Below, one piece after another: positions 48,503 through 63,150 of a stretch of DNA of 64,000 nt (positions are counted from its first letter, which is position 1; the number at the start of each line of letters is the position of its first letter). The translations under genes were made by a program, and so were the position numbers. Under the pieces are notes generated by a model, which worked only from the letters and a program-made list of their open reading frames with translations, was not told the origin of the DNA and did no database searches. Origin of the DNA: the human T2T-CHM13v2.0 reference genome, Homo sapiens. Location: NCBI RefSeq assembly GCF_009914755.1, contig NC_060926.1; one strand, given 5' to 3'.

Positions 48503-48571
48503 GATCATGTGTTATTATAAACTAAAAATATAAAAAGCAAGCTAAGCACTATTTTAAAAAACATCCTAAAG
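48503..48571 (+). pseudogene. Pseudo-exon, phase 0-0: DHVLL*TKNIKSKLSTILKNILK
   Basis: Acceptor ttttccttttag, donor AAG|gtacaa; one TAA. Confidence 0.55.
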
Positions 48572-49119
48572 GTACAATGCAAGGGACCAGTTACAAATGC
48601 CCAGAACCTGCTAGAGATTTGTAAGAAATCATTTAAAAGAGACTGGAAATACATTATTTGCCTGTTGAACACCTCAGTTCTTCCTTTCCATGCTGCTATT
48701 TGCATGAAAATTTGCTGCTTAGGTCAGGGCTTATGATAGGTTAGAAAAGTTTCCAATAGCCGAACACAAACCCAGGAATCAAAGTCCCCCAAATATACAC
48801 AAAGGAAAAAACACACACACAACCTACCTAATCTGTAGCTAGAGTGCTTCTGGGCCATGGAACCACCCCATTGTGCCTTGGCCACTCCAGCTCAGAAACC
48901 AGAGTGTTGCCATGGTGGCAGGGACCCAACCGTGAGGGCTGGTTTCAATACCCAGCAGCTGTTCACTTCAGAAAAAGCAGGATGGCAGCCGACTTCTGAA
49001 TGCGCATTTTTCTCTAGGCTTTGACCTGACCTGAATATTGTTTCTCATTGAATTTCCTTTTATTTATTTCTTTTTAGATATCAACTTTCCTTGAACTTTT
49101 CCTGTCATTTGTGTTGCAG

Positions 49120-49157
49120 TTGGCAGAACTACAGAACTTCTCCCTTCTGCAAAAAAT
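49120..49157 (+). pseudogene. Candidate pseudo-exon, phase 0-2: LAELQNFSLLQK(I)
   Basis: Acceptor cctgtcatttgtgttgcag; weak donor gtgttt; phase bridges its neighbours. Confidence 0.35.
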
Positions 49158-50233
49158 GTGTTTTTTTTCTTTAACCATTTCTAAGTTTTTCCCTGTGTTG
49201 TCTTTATCTCCCCCACTTCTATATTTTACACACACACCTGTGCCTCATTATATGAAGACCCAGGACAAATTCATCAGGTTTGTTTATTCCAAGAAGTGTG
49301 AAGGCCCCAGGTAGCCCCCTAAAAAATCCCTCCATGACTCACCTGACAGCAGAAATTTGTCCTATGAAACTTTGGAGCTGGATTAGAAAATATGACCCTT
49401 TACTCTCTTCATTCTGGCCATGGTCATAGAATCTGTGTTTAATCCTAAACACATTCTCAATTCACACTTGATTCATAACCTGCTTTTTTCTTCTCTTTGT
49501 TTACATGTTGGCAAAACATAAGGAATGTAAAAATATAAAAACTATTATGAATTATGAGCCCTGCTCACAAGGATTGTAGAAAAACTGTTCTTGATGCAAA
49601 AAGGAGCTGCACTATATTTAAGGTGAATTTATCCCCCTCCAGCTCTAAAGGAGTTTGGAATAATTTATAAATGAGGTTGTACTGCTGTTGAATATTTTTT
49701 TTAACTAGAAACAGTTTGTTTACAAGTTGTTACTAAAGACTGTCAGAAAAAAATGCTTGTGGACATGGTATCCAAAAGGCTGACAGAACCCAGAACTTGC
49801 TTGGTATTCATTTGAGAGCTCATCCAACATTATCCTGCACAGTGTATAATTACTTGCATGTTGGGAGCCAAAAAAGGGAATGTAACCCTGTGAGTGTGTG
49901 TTTATACTGAAAAGTTGGAGAAGCAAAACAATTCAGCAGCATTCTTCATCCCAACATCTGGGAATAATTAATTTGCTAGCTATGATGTATAACATGAAGT
50001 TGATAAAGTTGCCTGAAGCTCTGCATTTAGACCATTTGCCTTATTTAAAGCTTTCTGCTTTAGGGTTTAACACTGTGGCTAATTTTAGTAAATCTTTTTC
50101 TTTTTATTCCTGAAATGCTGTGATGAGGAGGAACCTTCTGCTTATAGTTTCTTGATCATTTTCTTTTTGCTCTTATTGTCAAAGTGTTCAGGAAGCTGAC
50201 ACTCACAAACTTTGCCTCCTTCTTCCTCTGCAG

Positions 50234-50279
50234 TGCAATGCTGCAAGAAAAAGTTCTAGAAACTGAGGCCCTGGAAAAT
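50234..50279 (+). pseudogene. Candidate pseudo-exon, phase 2-0: AMLQEKVLETEALEN
   Basis: Strong acceptor cctccttcttcctctgcag; weak donor gtcatt. Confidence 0.4.
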
Positions 50280-50295
50280 GTCATTGGGTTTTTAC

Positions 50296-50310
50296 ATCTC
50301 TCTCTCTTCT

Positions 50311-50347
<37 letters not shown>

Positions 50348-50363
50348 GTCTTTCTCTCTTTCT

Positions 50364-50398
<35 letters not shown>
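50296..50398. repeat. (TC)n microsatellite, interrupted
   Basis: Directly visible. Confidence 0.95.
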
Positions 50399-50400
<2 letters not shown>

Positions 50401-51393
50401 AACACATATTTGAGCTCTGAAGAGTTTCTCTGGAATAGAGAATGTGTTTTTGTTCCATTTTACAAATCTTAGGCTAGGATACTGGAGACTGTCATGTGAG
50501 ACTCTCAGTATATTACATATGGAAGGTATTGTGACAAGTTCTGATGGTTTATGTTAGGTGCTACGTTCCCTTGATTGTGACTTTTAGAAAGAAAGCACAA
50601 TATAAATACAATGTCATCTTATTGAATCTAACAGTTCAAGGTGGTACAGGGGGCTTTTCAGTCCCAGGGCTGTCTCCTCCAGTTTCTCACTGAGGCATGC
50701 TAGAGTGAAACACAGTTGTTACTCTGACCTTAGTTTGTTTAATTTGGGATTTCAGAATAAGAGCAAGTATCTTATTTTTATTGGCTGAGTGCTCCCAGCT
50801 TTGAACAGTGCTAAAAGTTTTCTATAGCACTTTTGAAAGCTCGTATTTCACAACATCCAGCTATTTTCTTTGGAATCCTGGTGAGAAACAAACTGAGGAA
50901 CTCCCAATATAGTCAGGCTGAGACTATCTCATTCCCCTCTGTCTTTTCTTAAGACTTATCTCCACACTTTGACAACTGTTTCACATCACTTGTGCCCTGT
51001 ATTTTGGGATTCTTTGGACTAAATTATATGTTGTTGTCCTTCATGGTGAAAAATGATAACTTCTAGAAAAATGATAATTTTCTATTTATATAGATAGGGG
51101 TTGTACTCACAAAGAGTAATGGCCTGAGGGCTTGTCCTCAGCCCAGCACGCTCACTGGCCCGAGGGAGAAGATGCTTGGGCAGGGTTGCTGCTTTTGCTC
51201 ATCTGCCTCTACACTCACAGTCTCTGCATGTTGTGACAGCTTCCTGCTTCCTCCTTCAGAGCTTAGAAGCAGGGACTGGACCTTCTTATCAGTGTCTAAG
51301 TAGTCATGCCATAGCTTCCAGATGCCTGTGCATGGGCCAGTGACTGGGTTGACACTGGTTGGTTATGAGGTTTCCATGACCTGTTTTCTGATA

Positions 51394-51633
<240 letters not shown>

Positions 51634-52512
51634 CTCCCTGAATACAGGGACCTTCCCTGTCATGTTTACCACCTAGAAAAATTTCTGGTGCCTATCACTT
51701 AATAAATATTTGGCTAATGAATGAAAAAACAGATAAGTGGAAGAGTAAGGTGAGTTTTTCCTGATACTGAATGTATTCATTTTCAGAATATAAACTTCTG
51801 ATACTGTGTCCTTCCTACCTTTTTGCTTTTACAATTTATTTATTTTTGTTAACAAAATGATATAAGTCTAAAGAGTTACTAGGAAGATTTTGGGCAAAAA
51901 GGAAGTATTAAGCAACCTGATGTCAGTTTCCAAAATTCTTGCACTGGCCTATAAAATTCAAAATTTGGAAATCACTGCCCCATGCATGCTTTTTCTTGCT
52001 ATTGCCTTGTCTTTCACAATGTACGTTTTCTTCATAACATTTGCCTATGAAGGGGAAATAAAAGGTTAATGCCTATGAACCAAAATGAAAAACATAATTC
52101 TAAATCCATATCACTAACATTGAGCATCCACTTTGTGCCAGGCCCTGAGGTATGCACATTCACACGCTGTCCCACAAAAGTCCTGAGAGGCATGTGTTAT
52201 TACTTCCCTTTTACAGATGAAGTGACAAGTGAGCCAGATTTTGGATGATCCAAGGAAGTTATGGGTGGCGGAGGAGATCCAGGAGAGGTTAATGGAAGAT
52301 GTGGGACTGAATTGAGTCTTGCTAGTCAAAGATAATTTGGCTGAAGAAGAGGATGGCATTCTGGCAAGAATAAAGATGAGGAGAAGGAATGCGCACCACA
52401 TAATTTGGAACAGAGTCCAGACTGACCTGAATGGAAAGCAAGCTGCAGATAGGAAGACTGTGTGCACATAGATAATTGGACAAGATCCTCATTTTGCAGG
52501 TATTTGGTTGGT

Positions 52513-52850
52513 GTCTTAGTCCGTTCAGGCTGCTATAAGAGAATACTATTGATTGGGTGGCTTATAAACAATGAAATTGTATTTTTCACAGCTCTGGAGG
52601 CTAGGAAGCCCAAGATCAAGGCACCACCAGATTCAGTGTCTGGTTCATAGACAGCTTTGTTGTGTTCTTACATAGCAGAAGGTGGTGAGGGTGCTCTCTG
52701 GAGCCTCTGTTATAAGAGCGCTAATCTCATTTATGACAGCTCCAGTGTCATGACCTAATAACCTCCCAAAGGCCTTATCTCTAAATGCCATCACACTGGG
52801 CATTAGGATTTAACATATGAATTTTGAGGGGACAAAAACATTTAGTCTAT
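52513..52850 (-). mobile_element. MaLR LTR (MLT1A/MST-like)
   Basis: tgtcttagtccgttcaggctgctataa...ggatttaacatatgaattttgagggg. Confidence 0.8.
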
Positions 52851-53025
52851 TTGTCTAAAACTTGCTGACAATTTGGCTTCCCATTCAACGAGTCAGTGTC
52901 CTTAAAGACATATTTGTCTCTTTGAATTTGTTTACTTGACTGTTTTGGGCTCCAGTGATGCTGCCTGGGAATATTCAGAAGCTGGGTGATTGTGCTCTTA
53001 ACTGCCAAGCATGTTTTCCTATAAG

Positions 53026-53172
53026 GAAGATTCTCTTCAGACCTTAGTACACAATCTGAGGGTCTTTAAGCATAATCAGTCAATAGCTCTGTTGCTGAGT
53101 GTGCAATGTGTTCTTAGTTTTCTACAAGAGCTCAGAACTTTCCCAAAGGAGCAGAAGCCTAGCCTATTACAA
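53026..53172 (+). pseudogene. Pseudo-exon, phase 0-0: EDSLQTLVHNLRVFKHNQSIALLLSVQCVLSFLQELRTFPKEQKPSLLQ
   Basis: Acceptor gttttcctataag (in-frame alternative at 53041), donor CAA|gtttca, open frame; resembles PKD1 ETLVSLRVH...AQCMGPSREL as recalled. Confidence 0.6.
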
Positions 53173-53222
53173 GTTTCAACCCCACTAATGCATGCATAAG
53201 CTTAATATAAATATTGTATGAG

Positions 53223-53538
<316 letters not shown>

Positions 53539-53783
53539 CTAATCTTACTAGAAAGTCCTATTTTTTTCAATGGTGATAGCCTATGCATTTAAGGATATGC
53601 TCACCATATTAACTCTATGTCATCTCACTCATTGAAGAATGAAAAGTTGGTAAACTTGGCAAGATATGTATTTGTAAAGCACCTAGCTCAAAGCCACGTG
53701 GTAGGTGTTGAAGCTACAATAGATTCCTATTATTCATGGATTTCATATTTAGGGATTTGCCTACACACTAAAAGTTATTTGTG

Positions 53784-54087
53784 GGCCAGGCGTGGTGGCT
53801 CACGCCTGTAATCCCAGCACTGTGGGAGGCCGAGTAGGGGGTGGATCACGAGGTCAGGAGATCGAGACCATCCAGGCTAAGAAGGTGAAACCCCATCTCT
53901 ACTAAAAACACACAAAAAATATTAGCTGGGCATGGTGGTGGGCACCTGTAGTCCTAGCTGCTCAGGAGGCTGAGGCAGGAGAATGGTGTGAACCCGGGAG
54001 GCGAAGGTTGCAGTGAGCGGAGATCGTGCGCCACTGCACTCCAGCCTGGATGACAGAGCGAGACTCTGTCTCAGAAAAAAAAAAAAA
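53784..54087 (+). mobile_element. AluY/Sc
   Basis: TSD aaaagttatttgt; gagatcgagaccatcc diagnostic. Confidence 0.93.
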
Positions 54088-54273
54088 GTTATTTGTAACC
54101 CCAAAATGAACACTCATGGTGCTTTCATTGTCATTCATGGACATGCACAGAGCAGTGAAAAATTTTAGTCATCTGACATACACATCCCCAGCTGAGGTTA
54201 AACAAGGTGATGCTGTGCATTCTTGTTCCAGCTCTCATACTGTAAACAAGTGTCCTTTTTGCAGTCTATTTAA

Positions 54274-54608
<335 letters not shown>

Positions 54609-55060
54609 GATTTTGCTTTTTAAGATGGACCCCAAGTGTAGTGCTAAAGTGCTATCTAGTGTTCCTAAGCACAAAAATCACCTTACAGAGAAAATATGTG
54701 TTAGATAAGCTTTGTTCAGGCATGAGTTACAGTGTTGTTGGCCATGAGTTCAATGTTAATCAACAATATATATTAAAGTAAACAAGGCATCTTTAAACAG
54801 AAACACACATAAAACATAATTATGTATTGATTGGTTAACAAAAATGTGACAAGAGGCTTGCAGGAATCTACTCCTCTATATTCCCTAGGGGTGTTGGCTC
54901 ACTATTTGCTAATCAGTGTTGTCAGTGACTTTATAGAACATAACTATTATGAATAGTAAGAATCTACTGCATTTATTATTATAGTAGTTCAAGAAAGCCA
55001 AACTGTGTGATTGCTCCCTAAGCCTAATCTAGAAAGCGTGTTGATGATATTGTAAGGTTA

Positions 55061-55360
<300 letters not shown>

Positions 55361-55414
55361 TTATATCAGGTCCTACCGTCTTTCTTCTGCTTCTGCCTTA
55401 CCTGTTTCTCAAAG

Positions 55415-55487
55415 TAATGTCTCTTCACAGTTCCCATTCAATGTAATATTTCTTCAGTTCTTGAGCTAATCTTGACTAGGGCAGAAA
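55415..55487 (+). pseudogene. Pseudo-exon: *CLFTVPIQCNISSVLELILTRAE
   Basis: Long pyrimidine tract plus aaag acceptor; donor A|gttaat; resembles PKD1 AYNLTSALMRILMR as recalled. Confidence 0.5.
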
Positions 55488-55739
55488 GTTAATAATTCCT
55501 TGGGCCTACCGTTCGTTAAGCTTGTCATGAAGTCAGAACCTCCAGCCCCACTCTTGTCAGACCTAGAGGCCCACCTCAGTGATGAAGCTGTCAGGCCAGA
55601 ACTTTCAGGTGTACATCACAGTCCATCATACTGGGGATCTGTGTCCAAAGATGATCCCTGAATGTCCACATCATCATTGAATCTCATTACCTCAGCATTT
55701 CCTACAACTGAGCACCCACTGTCTAACCAGTATCAACCT

Positions 55740-57000
55740 AGTCAAGTTTGTACTCTCACAGGGGAGACAGACCAATAATCAGATGCACTATAATGTGTTC
55801 ATTCATGTGCAGATGATGCCGTGAGAGTATGAAGGAGCGGTATTAAATCCAGCAGGAAACCTCAGTAAAGGTGGTTTTAGAACATAGTCTGGAAGAATAG
55901 GAGTTGGCCAGGCAAAGAAGAGAGTGAAGGGTATATAAAGACGTCTCAGATAAATGGAACAGCATGAACAAAGGCATGGAAGCGTGAAACAACATGGATT
56001 ATTCTGGAAATCACAAACATGTGAGTATTACTGGTTATAAAATGGAAGGAGATGAGAGATGGGAGATGAGGCTGGCTGGGGAGAAGCCCTGTCATGTGGC
56101 ACTATTCATCATGCCACTGTCAGGAAGCCAACAAAGCAGGGTAACCCAAGATACATGATTAGATTTGAATTATACAAGGACCATTCTAGTGTGTCTGGAG
56201 AATGAGTTCGAGGAATGTCAAACTGGAGATGAGGAGACTGTTTTAAAACTTTTCCACTAGTCCTGGTGGGAGATGTTGAGGTCCTGAGCTACAGCAGCAG
56301 AGATACTGTAGAGGAGAAGTTGATTCAAATAATATGAGGTAGTAAAATCAACAGGATTTCGTGATTGTACTAGTCAGGATGAACTGGATTATGCTATGGT
56401 AGTAAATGATCCCATCTGAGTGGCTTAACACAAAAGTTTATTTCTTAATCATGCAGCATCTGCTGCAGGTCTAAGCATCTCTCCAAGGCAGCCACCCTCC
56501 ATGACTGCTATCCAGGCTTCTTTGATTCGGTGATTCTACCACCTCAACATAACATCTCTGCATTCAACACAACAGTAGAAGAGAAAAGTCTCAGATAAAG
56601 AGAATCAAGAAAGAGCTTTTCACTGCCTTAGACCAGTAATAATAAATGAATTTCCATTCACATTTCATTGGCCCAAACTAGTCTTATGGCTCTGCCTAAC
56701 TGGAAGTGGGTCAGGAAGTAGAGTCTCTTGTGTGCCCAGGAAGAAACGAAGAATTGGATATAGGTAGGCACTGGTGATGTCTACCACAGCCCAAGAGCAT
56801 CGTGGAATAGAGATGGGCTAATCACCAGAGTGATAATGCACATGGTGGATAGAGAGGTACGATGAGACTATGATAACCCTCAGCTCTCTAGCTTCAGTGT
56901 CAGTCAGTAAAACAGGGAAGACTGGAGGAGCAGTAGATTTGAGGGGGAAATGATGGGTTTAGGGCACATGAAACATCCTAGAGTAAACGTTATATCCAGA
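55740..57000. mobile_element. L2 fragments interrupted by an MLT1 LTR (about 56368-56790)
   Basis: L2-like purine-rich sequence; tagtcaggatgaactggattatgct...ctaccaca MLT1J/K-like. Confidence 0.55.
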
Positions 57001-57674
57001 GATGAGAAGCAAAAGTAGAGTGGGGTGGAGGGTAGTTGTCAGGCAAAGCTGAAGGCAGGTACAGGGTTTGAATATTTTAGGAGGGGCAGCAAACAAATCA
57101 TGGTCATGAGTGGCAGGCAAAGCAGACAAATAATCAGGAGAGGGTGTATGGGAAGAAATGTAGACTGATGCTCAAGCTACTCTCAGCATCAGGTATACAT
57201 TTGCCTGATGCTGTATTTTAAAATGTGTTGTTGAATGCCTGACCCTGCTCACAACTTTAGCTAGTAATGGGAGCCCTAGTGTTCTGTCTCTCTTCACCTA
57301 TTCAGCCTGGATCCTGCTCCCATAAACAATCCTTCTGTCTGGAGCCTGGCCACATGTAGGCAACCTGCATTCATCCCTTATCCCCAATCTAATCATACCT
57401 TGGAATATCTTCTGCCTTTCACTAGCAAAGACCACACCATAAGACAACTGGCTGCATCCTTTAGACTCTGCTTTAGACCCTTGTCCCAGGTCCAGATTCT
57501 CATACAGGAAAGTTCCTCCAAACTCCATCCTGAGCCCCTACACACATGACTGGGCCTGGCCCTCACTCACTAGCCTCCCTGCCAACTCAAGAGAGCTGTG
57601 GTCCCAGCTTGTCATGCCGTTAGAAATTCAAGAAGGTCAATAAAAGCAATGGTTTCATGTGTTTTCCCCCCGAA

Positions 57675-57735
57675 AAACAATGTGTCCTTACTACCAATAA
57701 AGGATGAAATTTCTCTTAGACTTACAGAGTGGGAG
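57675..57735 (+). pseudogene. Pseudo-exon ending phase 0: NNVSLLPIKDEISLRLTEWE
   Basis: Pyrimidine tract gttttcccccc with decayed AG, so start phase is uncertain; strong donor GAG|gtaaat. Confidence 0.55.
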
Positions 57736-59692
57736 GTAAATGGCATATAGGAACCACCCTAGAAGCATTAAGGCAGTCAGTGTAGGATTAAGTTTGCTCC
57801 CAGCTAGACATGAGGCTCCGTGTCCAGAGTCCATGGCTGATATTACAGAGGGACCTAGAGTGGGGAAGAAAGAGTTTCCAGGAAACTCATAGTGGCTTTA
57901 GGCAGTAGGTCAGAACTGCATCCTCATCCCCACTAGGAGGAAGCTGAAAATCCAAGATCAAGTCTATAGAAAGACTCAATAGGTCCCATCAGGGTCCAGG
58001 GAGGTGAAGCAGTGCCATGACCCCAGGAATGCCAAGCGTCATGGTCACACTGACGAACAACACTGTTCCAGGAGTTCTTGTCTGAACAAGAAAGTGTTAA
58101 GATAGATAGAGTCCTGCCTCCCCAACCCTTTTTCCGGGAAGATTGGCAGAAGCAAAGCAGCAGGCAAGGAAAACCCTGTTAGGGGCATGGTGCAGGGCAG
58201 ATCTTCTCCAACGCATGTGAAACTTTGAGACCCAGGCTTGAGGGGATCAGATAGGCAGGCTGGCTGTTCCAGAGGCTGCCTAAGGGCAACCCTACCTGAC
58301 AGAACCCCTGAAGTCTTTGAGCCTCTCTCTGACCTCTAAGAACAACTTATTCCAAGCTCCCACTATTGTCTGGGTGAGAGTGGCTACACTGGTTCAATGC
58401 CAGTGTGCTTGAGAAAAGCAGCCTGCCTGTGACTGGCAGCTCCCTGAAAAAACCGTGACAGGGGCAAGGTGTGGGTAAGAGCTAAGATGAGGCCCTGTGA
58501 TAACTGCCAAAGCTGACATCTAATTATTTGTTCCAAAAGAGTAACATATCTACAAACCATCCCAAGAGTGTTCAAGTTTATACCATTGCTTAATGCAATT
58601 AAAAAAAGGTAACAAATATGAAAACACATTGTATACTATAACACTTTGAATAAATGCAGGGTATCAAGACTCTTTAAAAGTTAGTCATGTAAAAGTAGGC
58701 TTTATAGCCCAACATTATGGAGAGGCACTGCGAGAAGTATTTTATGTACATTATTTTATTCAATTTGCCCACAACCATAGGAAGTAGGTACTGTTATTAG
58801 CACAGAGTATCCAACCCTAGTCATGCAGCTAATTGGCAGATGGCAGAGCCCATATTCAAGCCCATATATGTGTTGATCTAAAAAATCCTCTGCAATAAAA
58901 AAAATCCTCTGCCATGTACCATGACCATGTACTTTCCCCAAAGACTAAAAACACTGCCGTTCTTTGTTTCAAACATCCAGCTGAGCTGTCTCTTCACTTA
59001 CTGGCTGCAGAGGTTATTCCTGCATCACCAGCTCTGGCCTCCACTCTCAGCCTAAGAGCAGCCTCTTGGGGGTGTTGAGGAGGGCCTGATTCTAGAGGAG
59101 GGCTCTTTCCAGTACTAAGTCCACAGTCCCCTGCTCTGACTGCTTCAAGTGCTGGGGCTTATCTGGCAGCCCTCACATTCCTTCTAAGTTCCCTAGGCAG
59201 GACACATTCCTGACTGGGTGGAAGGAAGAATTCCTAGCATTCTTCAGCCACTGTCCTCTTGGAGCTCTGAAACTCAAGTGGGATGAAGGAAAAGAAAAAA
59301 GAAAAAACCAACCTTCATTTCTAATGTTTGGAATTAATCTGAATTAAGTCCTGCTCTCCAAGCCATGAGAAGGAAAAAAAGAAAGGGATTCAGGATCACT
59401 GAGACATGTACTTGCGGAATCAGGAATTCTCAACTCTTTCTCAGTAGTTTGTAGGGCCTGTGCGGTCTTTGAATTTGACCTTCATGGTTGACAGTTCGGA
59501 TTGTTTGTCATTATTATAAACGATTGCAACCCTAATTTCAGGCATACTTTGTAAACAGAACAGTCAAGATGCTTGTGTGAACATTTCCTCTCTGCGACAA
59601 TAACATAATACTTTTATAAATGGATTTATTTATTTATCACTTACATTATCTCATTTGATCTTCACAAGAAATCTATGAGGTTGGTATTGTTA

Positions 59693-60004
59693 TAGTCATG
59701 CTTTGCTTATCATTGTGGATAAGTCCTGAGAAATACATCATTAGGCCATTTGTCATTTTATAAACATCATAGAGGGTACTCACACAAACCTACTACCCAC
59801 CTTGGCTATGTGGTATAGTCCATGGCTACACACCTATGCAGCATGTTTGTATACTGAATACTGTAGGCAAATGTAATACAATGGCAAATATTTGTGTATC
59901 TAAACATAGAAGAGATACAGTGAAAATACAGTATTATAATCTTATGGGATCACTGTATTATGCAGTCCATGACTGACCAAAATGTTGCTATCAGTGCATG
60001 ACTA
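59693..60004. mobile_element. Tigger3a/MER7A-like MITE within a MIR
   Basis: Terminal inverted repeats tagtcatgc...gcatgacta; internal gaatactgtaggcaaatgtaatacaatgg. Confidence 0.8.
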
Positions 60005-61112
60005 TATTTTCATTTTTCAGAGGATAAATGTGAGCTGACAATTGAGGTGATTTGCCTGCTGTCAAACAGGTGGCAAGGCAGAGGTGGTCTGTGACCAGGT
60101 CTTCTGACTTCCCTCCACCATGTATCACTGAAGGCCTCCCATTATGTCATCACAGATACTCCAGGGTGTTAACTGGGAGGCTCCCCAGTTTGTGGGTAAC
60201 ATCTGACTCTCCCTCCCCAAAGAGAGACTCCAGCGAGAGACTGGGGATTTGGAGGTCCAAGTCATGGCAGAACTGGGTTGCTTGCTAGGACACAAGGTTA
60301 GCATGCCCCTGTAGCAGCAATGTGAGAATCAGAAAAGGTGACTGTGCATCTCAAGAAGCCGAATCAAAAAGCCAAGCCAACCACCTAACCAGTGATTTTC
60401 AAGGTATGAACTGGTAGGCCACAAGCATCCTCCTAATGTTCTAGAAGCATCCCCAAATATGTCTTTTCTTTGGATCTTACTAGCAAATGGTCCTTGATAA
60501 CCTAGATTTTCATGTGTGTGTATGTGTGTGTGTGTAAAAGCTACTTAATAACTGCTGAGTTGTTAATGGTAGTATTTCATATTCATAAATAAAAATTTAG
60601 CACGTAACTAGAGTTTACTGGGGGCTTACCTGAGCATTCACCTGGCTGCTAGGCAATACTTGGCAATATTTGAAGAGCTCCCACTAAAAACATGCATGAG
60701 CAGATTGTTGAAATATCCTCAATTTTGGGGAAGTTTGCTTTATATTAGCATCAGTGCTGTATCGAGTTGGTTGTGCTTTTTGGTGGTTTCTATTCCTGCT
60801 TTTTAATTATAAATTACATTTCATTTACCTTCATCACCCTCTATGTTGTTTGAAGTGGGTTGTTTGGTTAACCCTACAGTAGGATAGTGATGCCTGTATA
60901 AGTTGACACAATTTATGACCTATAAGTTTTCTATGATAAAACTTTAAACCAAATGTGGATTGTAGTGCACATAGGAATCATCTAAACCAATATTGCTAAA
61001 GCAGATATTCACATAATCCTCACAAAGTGTGTTTGTGCAGCAACAGTTTATTGTTATCAGAGAATTTTTTGAGAAAAAAGCAGGAAGGGCTGGAGTATAT
61101 GAGTCTTAGAGC

Positions 61113-61251
61113 TTTTCTTTAATTTTTATTTTTAGAGACAGGGTCTCGCTATGTTTTCCAGGCTGATGTTAAATTCCTGGCCTCAAATGATTCTCCTGCC
61201 TCGTTCTCCCAAAGCACTGGGATGCCAGGTGTGAGCCACCATACCCAGCCA
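61113..61251 (-). mobile_element. FLAM/Alu left monomer
   Basis: Antisense left arm; TSD agtctta(a)gagc. Confidence 0.85.
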
Positions 61252-61470
61252 AGTCTTAAGAGCCTTCTGCTGACCTAGGTTAACCTTGGTCAAAAAAGTT
61301 TGAGAATTAGTGGTCAGAGAGGGAGAACTTGAGTTCATTTCAGTGAGATTTCAGTGGGATGGAGAGAACTAGAGAGAACAGAAGAGAGTGAACATTTGAA
61401 GGAAATCTGGGAGGCAGAAACTGGAGAGATTTCTGGTGCTGAAGAAATGATGCCCACAGTCTCTTTTCAG

Positions 61471-61512
61471 ATAACTGTGGCCTCAGGCATGCTTAGAAAG
61501 GAGCCATTAAAA
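61471..61512 (+). pseudogene. Pseudo-exon, phase 0-0: ITVASGMLRKEPLK
   Basis: Acceptor gtctcttttcag, donor AAA|gtgagc, open frame. Confidence 0.65.
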
Positions 61513-62079
61513 GTGAGCATGTCTCCAGAGTAGCCTGTAGGGTAGTCTGTGCCCTGTGAAAAAGTGTCCCTCCAGATAAGGGTTAAAGCCCAGCTGTCCT
61601 TCACTGACCATGAACCCTAGTGCCAGGGAAGAGGAACCTGTTTGTAATTCATCTGCCTCTACAGAATGCATTTTACTAAGTGACTTTAAAGTGTCTATAT
61701 GTGCAAGTCATGGCCCTTGAGGTACTCTAGAAAGTCCTAGAGTACTGCTTTTTTGTGAATATACTGAAGGTGACAACCTCCTGCTCCCAACCACAGAAAA
61801 TGGCTGAATATGCAAAGGATAATGAAAAGGCATTGAAATAGTCTTGAAACTTTGAGGAGAGCCAAATAGTGTGTTTCCATTTTTGGCAAAGTTAGAACAT
61901 GGGGAAAAAAGGAAGCCTAGGGACAAAATAAGGCCTTTCTTCTGTTTCTTGAAATACTCCCAAGAAAAAAATTTTCAATGCTGCAAAAAAAGGCCACATA
62001 GAAGGAAGAACCCATGGAGAGGTATCTTCCTGTCCTGGGAGTCTTTGAGTTTGAATTCATGCAGAAGGAAATTGTCTGG

Positions 62080-62375
62080 TTATTATTATTGTTGTTATTA
62101 TTTTGAGATGGGTCCTGACGGGAGTGCTGTGGCGCAATCTTGGTTTACTGCAGCCTCCACCTCCTGGCCTCAAGCGGTCCTCCCACTTAAGCTTCCCAAG
62201 TATCTGGAACCACAGGTGCGTACCACCATGGCCCACAAGTTTTTTTTTATTTTTTGGTAGAGAAGGGGTTTCACCATATTGCCCAGGCTGGGCTTGAACT
62301 CTTGAGCTCAAGTAGCCGGCCAGCCTTGGCCTCCCAAAGTGCTGGGATTACAGGCGTGAGCCACTGCACCCAACC
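62080..62375 (-). mobile_element. AluJ
   Basis: (tta)n tail, diverged dimer, TSD tggttatta. Confidence 0.9.
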
Positions 62376-62706
62376 TCGTGGTTATTAAGAATTAAAAGTT
62401 TCTTAATTAAGCAAGCCAAAATAGAGCTGCCCTCTTCAAAAAGCATGGTTATGAATACTTTCTTATAAGCATTACACCGTAGTTAATCATTGTGCATGTC
62501 CCATTTCATGAAGTGATAATTGTCTTAAAGTAAACCTTAATGACTAGTAAGATATCACTGAAGATACAGATGTAAAATATTTCATTTGGCTTTTAAAAGT
62601 TACTCATTTAAGTTTCTTGCCTAGTAACTGCTGAGGGAGATGAATTGACATTGTGCTTTATTTCACAAACACATTTTTGCTGACTGAATTGTCATATTCC
62701 TTTCAG

Positions 62707-62792
62707 AATTTACATTTAAAAAATGGCCAGTGATGGTCACCTAATTTGATTCACTCTGGGGGACTGTTTATTTGGTGTGAATAAAGCCACGG
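62707..62792 (+). pseudogene. Pseudo-exon, phase 0-1 with +1 frameshift: NLHLK/MASDGHLI*FTLGDCLFGVNKAT(G)
   Basis: Acceptor catattcctttcag, donor G|gttagc; inferred extra A in the A6 run at 62718-62723; one TGA. Confidence 0.55.
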
Positions 62793-62903
62793 GTTAGCCT
62801 GTGTCTTTGACACACCAGCCATGATCCTGCGGGACTGTGTAGCTGGGAAATTCCCACATGGGGGTTGTCAAATTGTATAAGCTTCATTATTTTCGTTTTC
62901 TAG

Positions 62904-62953
62904 GGATTTATCAAGCCACAAAAGACCAAGCCATTGTTTTGCTGGAAAAGCAG
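62904..62953 (+). pseudogene. Pseudo-exon, phase 1-0: (G)IYQATKDQAIVLLEKQ
   Basis: Strong acceptor ttttcgttttctag after a 111-bp intron; donor CAG|gcagaa is non-canonical or decayed. Confidence 0.55.
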
Positions 62954-63150
62954 GCAGAAACCATATTCCTTTTTTTTTTTAAAGGGCCTTCGCCGGTCAG
63001 TGGAATTTAAATTCCCAAGGGCTATAGCCAAGTGCCATAACTTGCTTCCTTAAGTTATGGATGAGCAAGTCTACAGCAATCGTTGTTTTTCTCAGTTCTT
63101 AACATGAGCATAAGGGGATAAAGATCTCTAATACAGAAGCCTTTGAAGGA

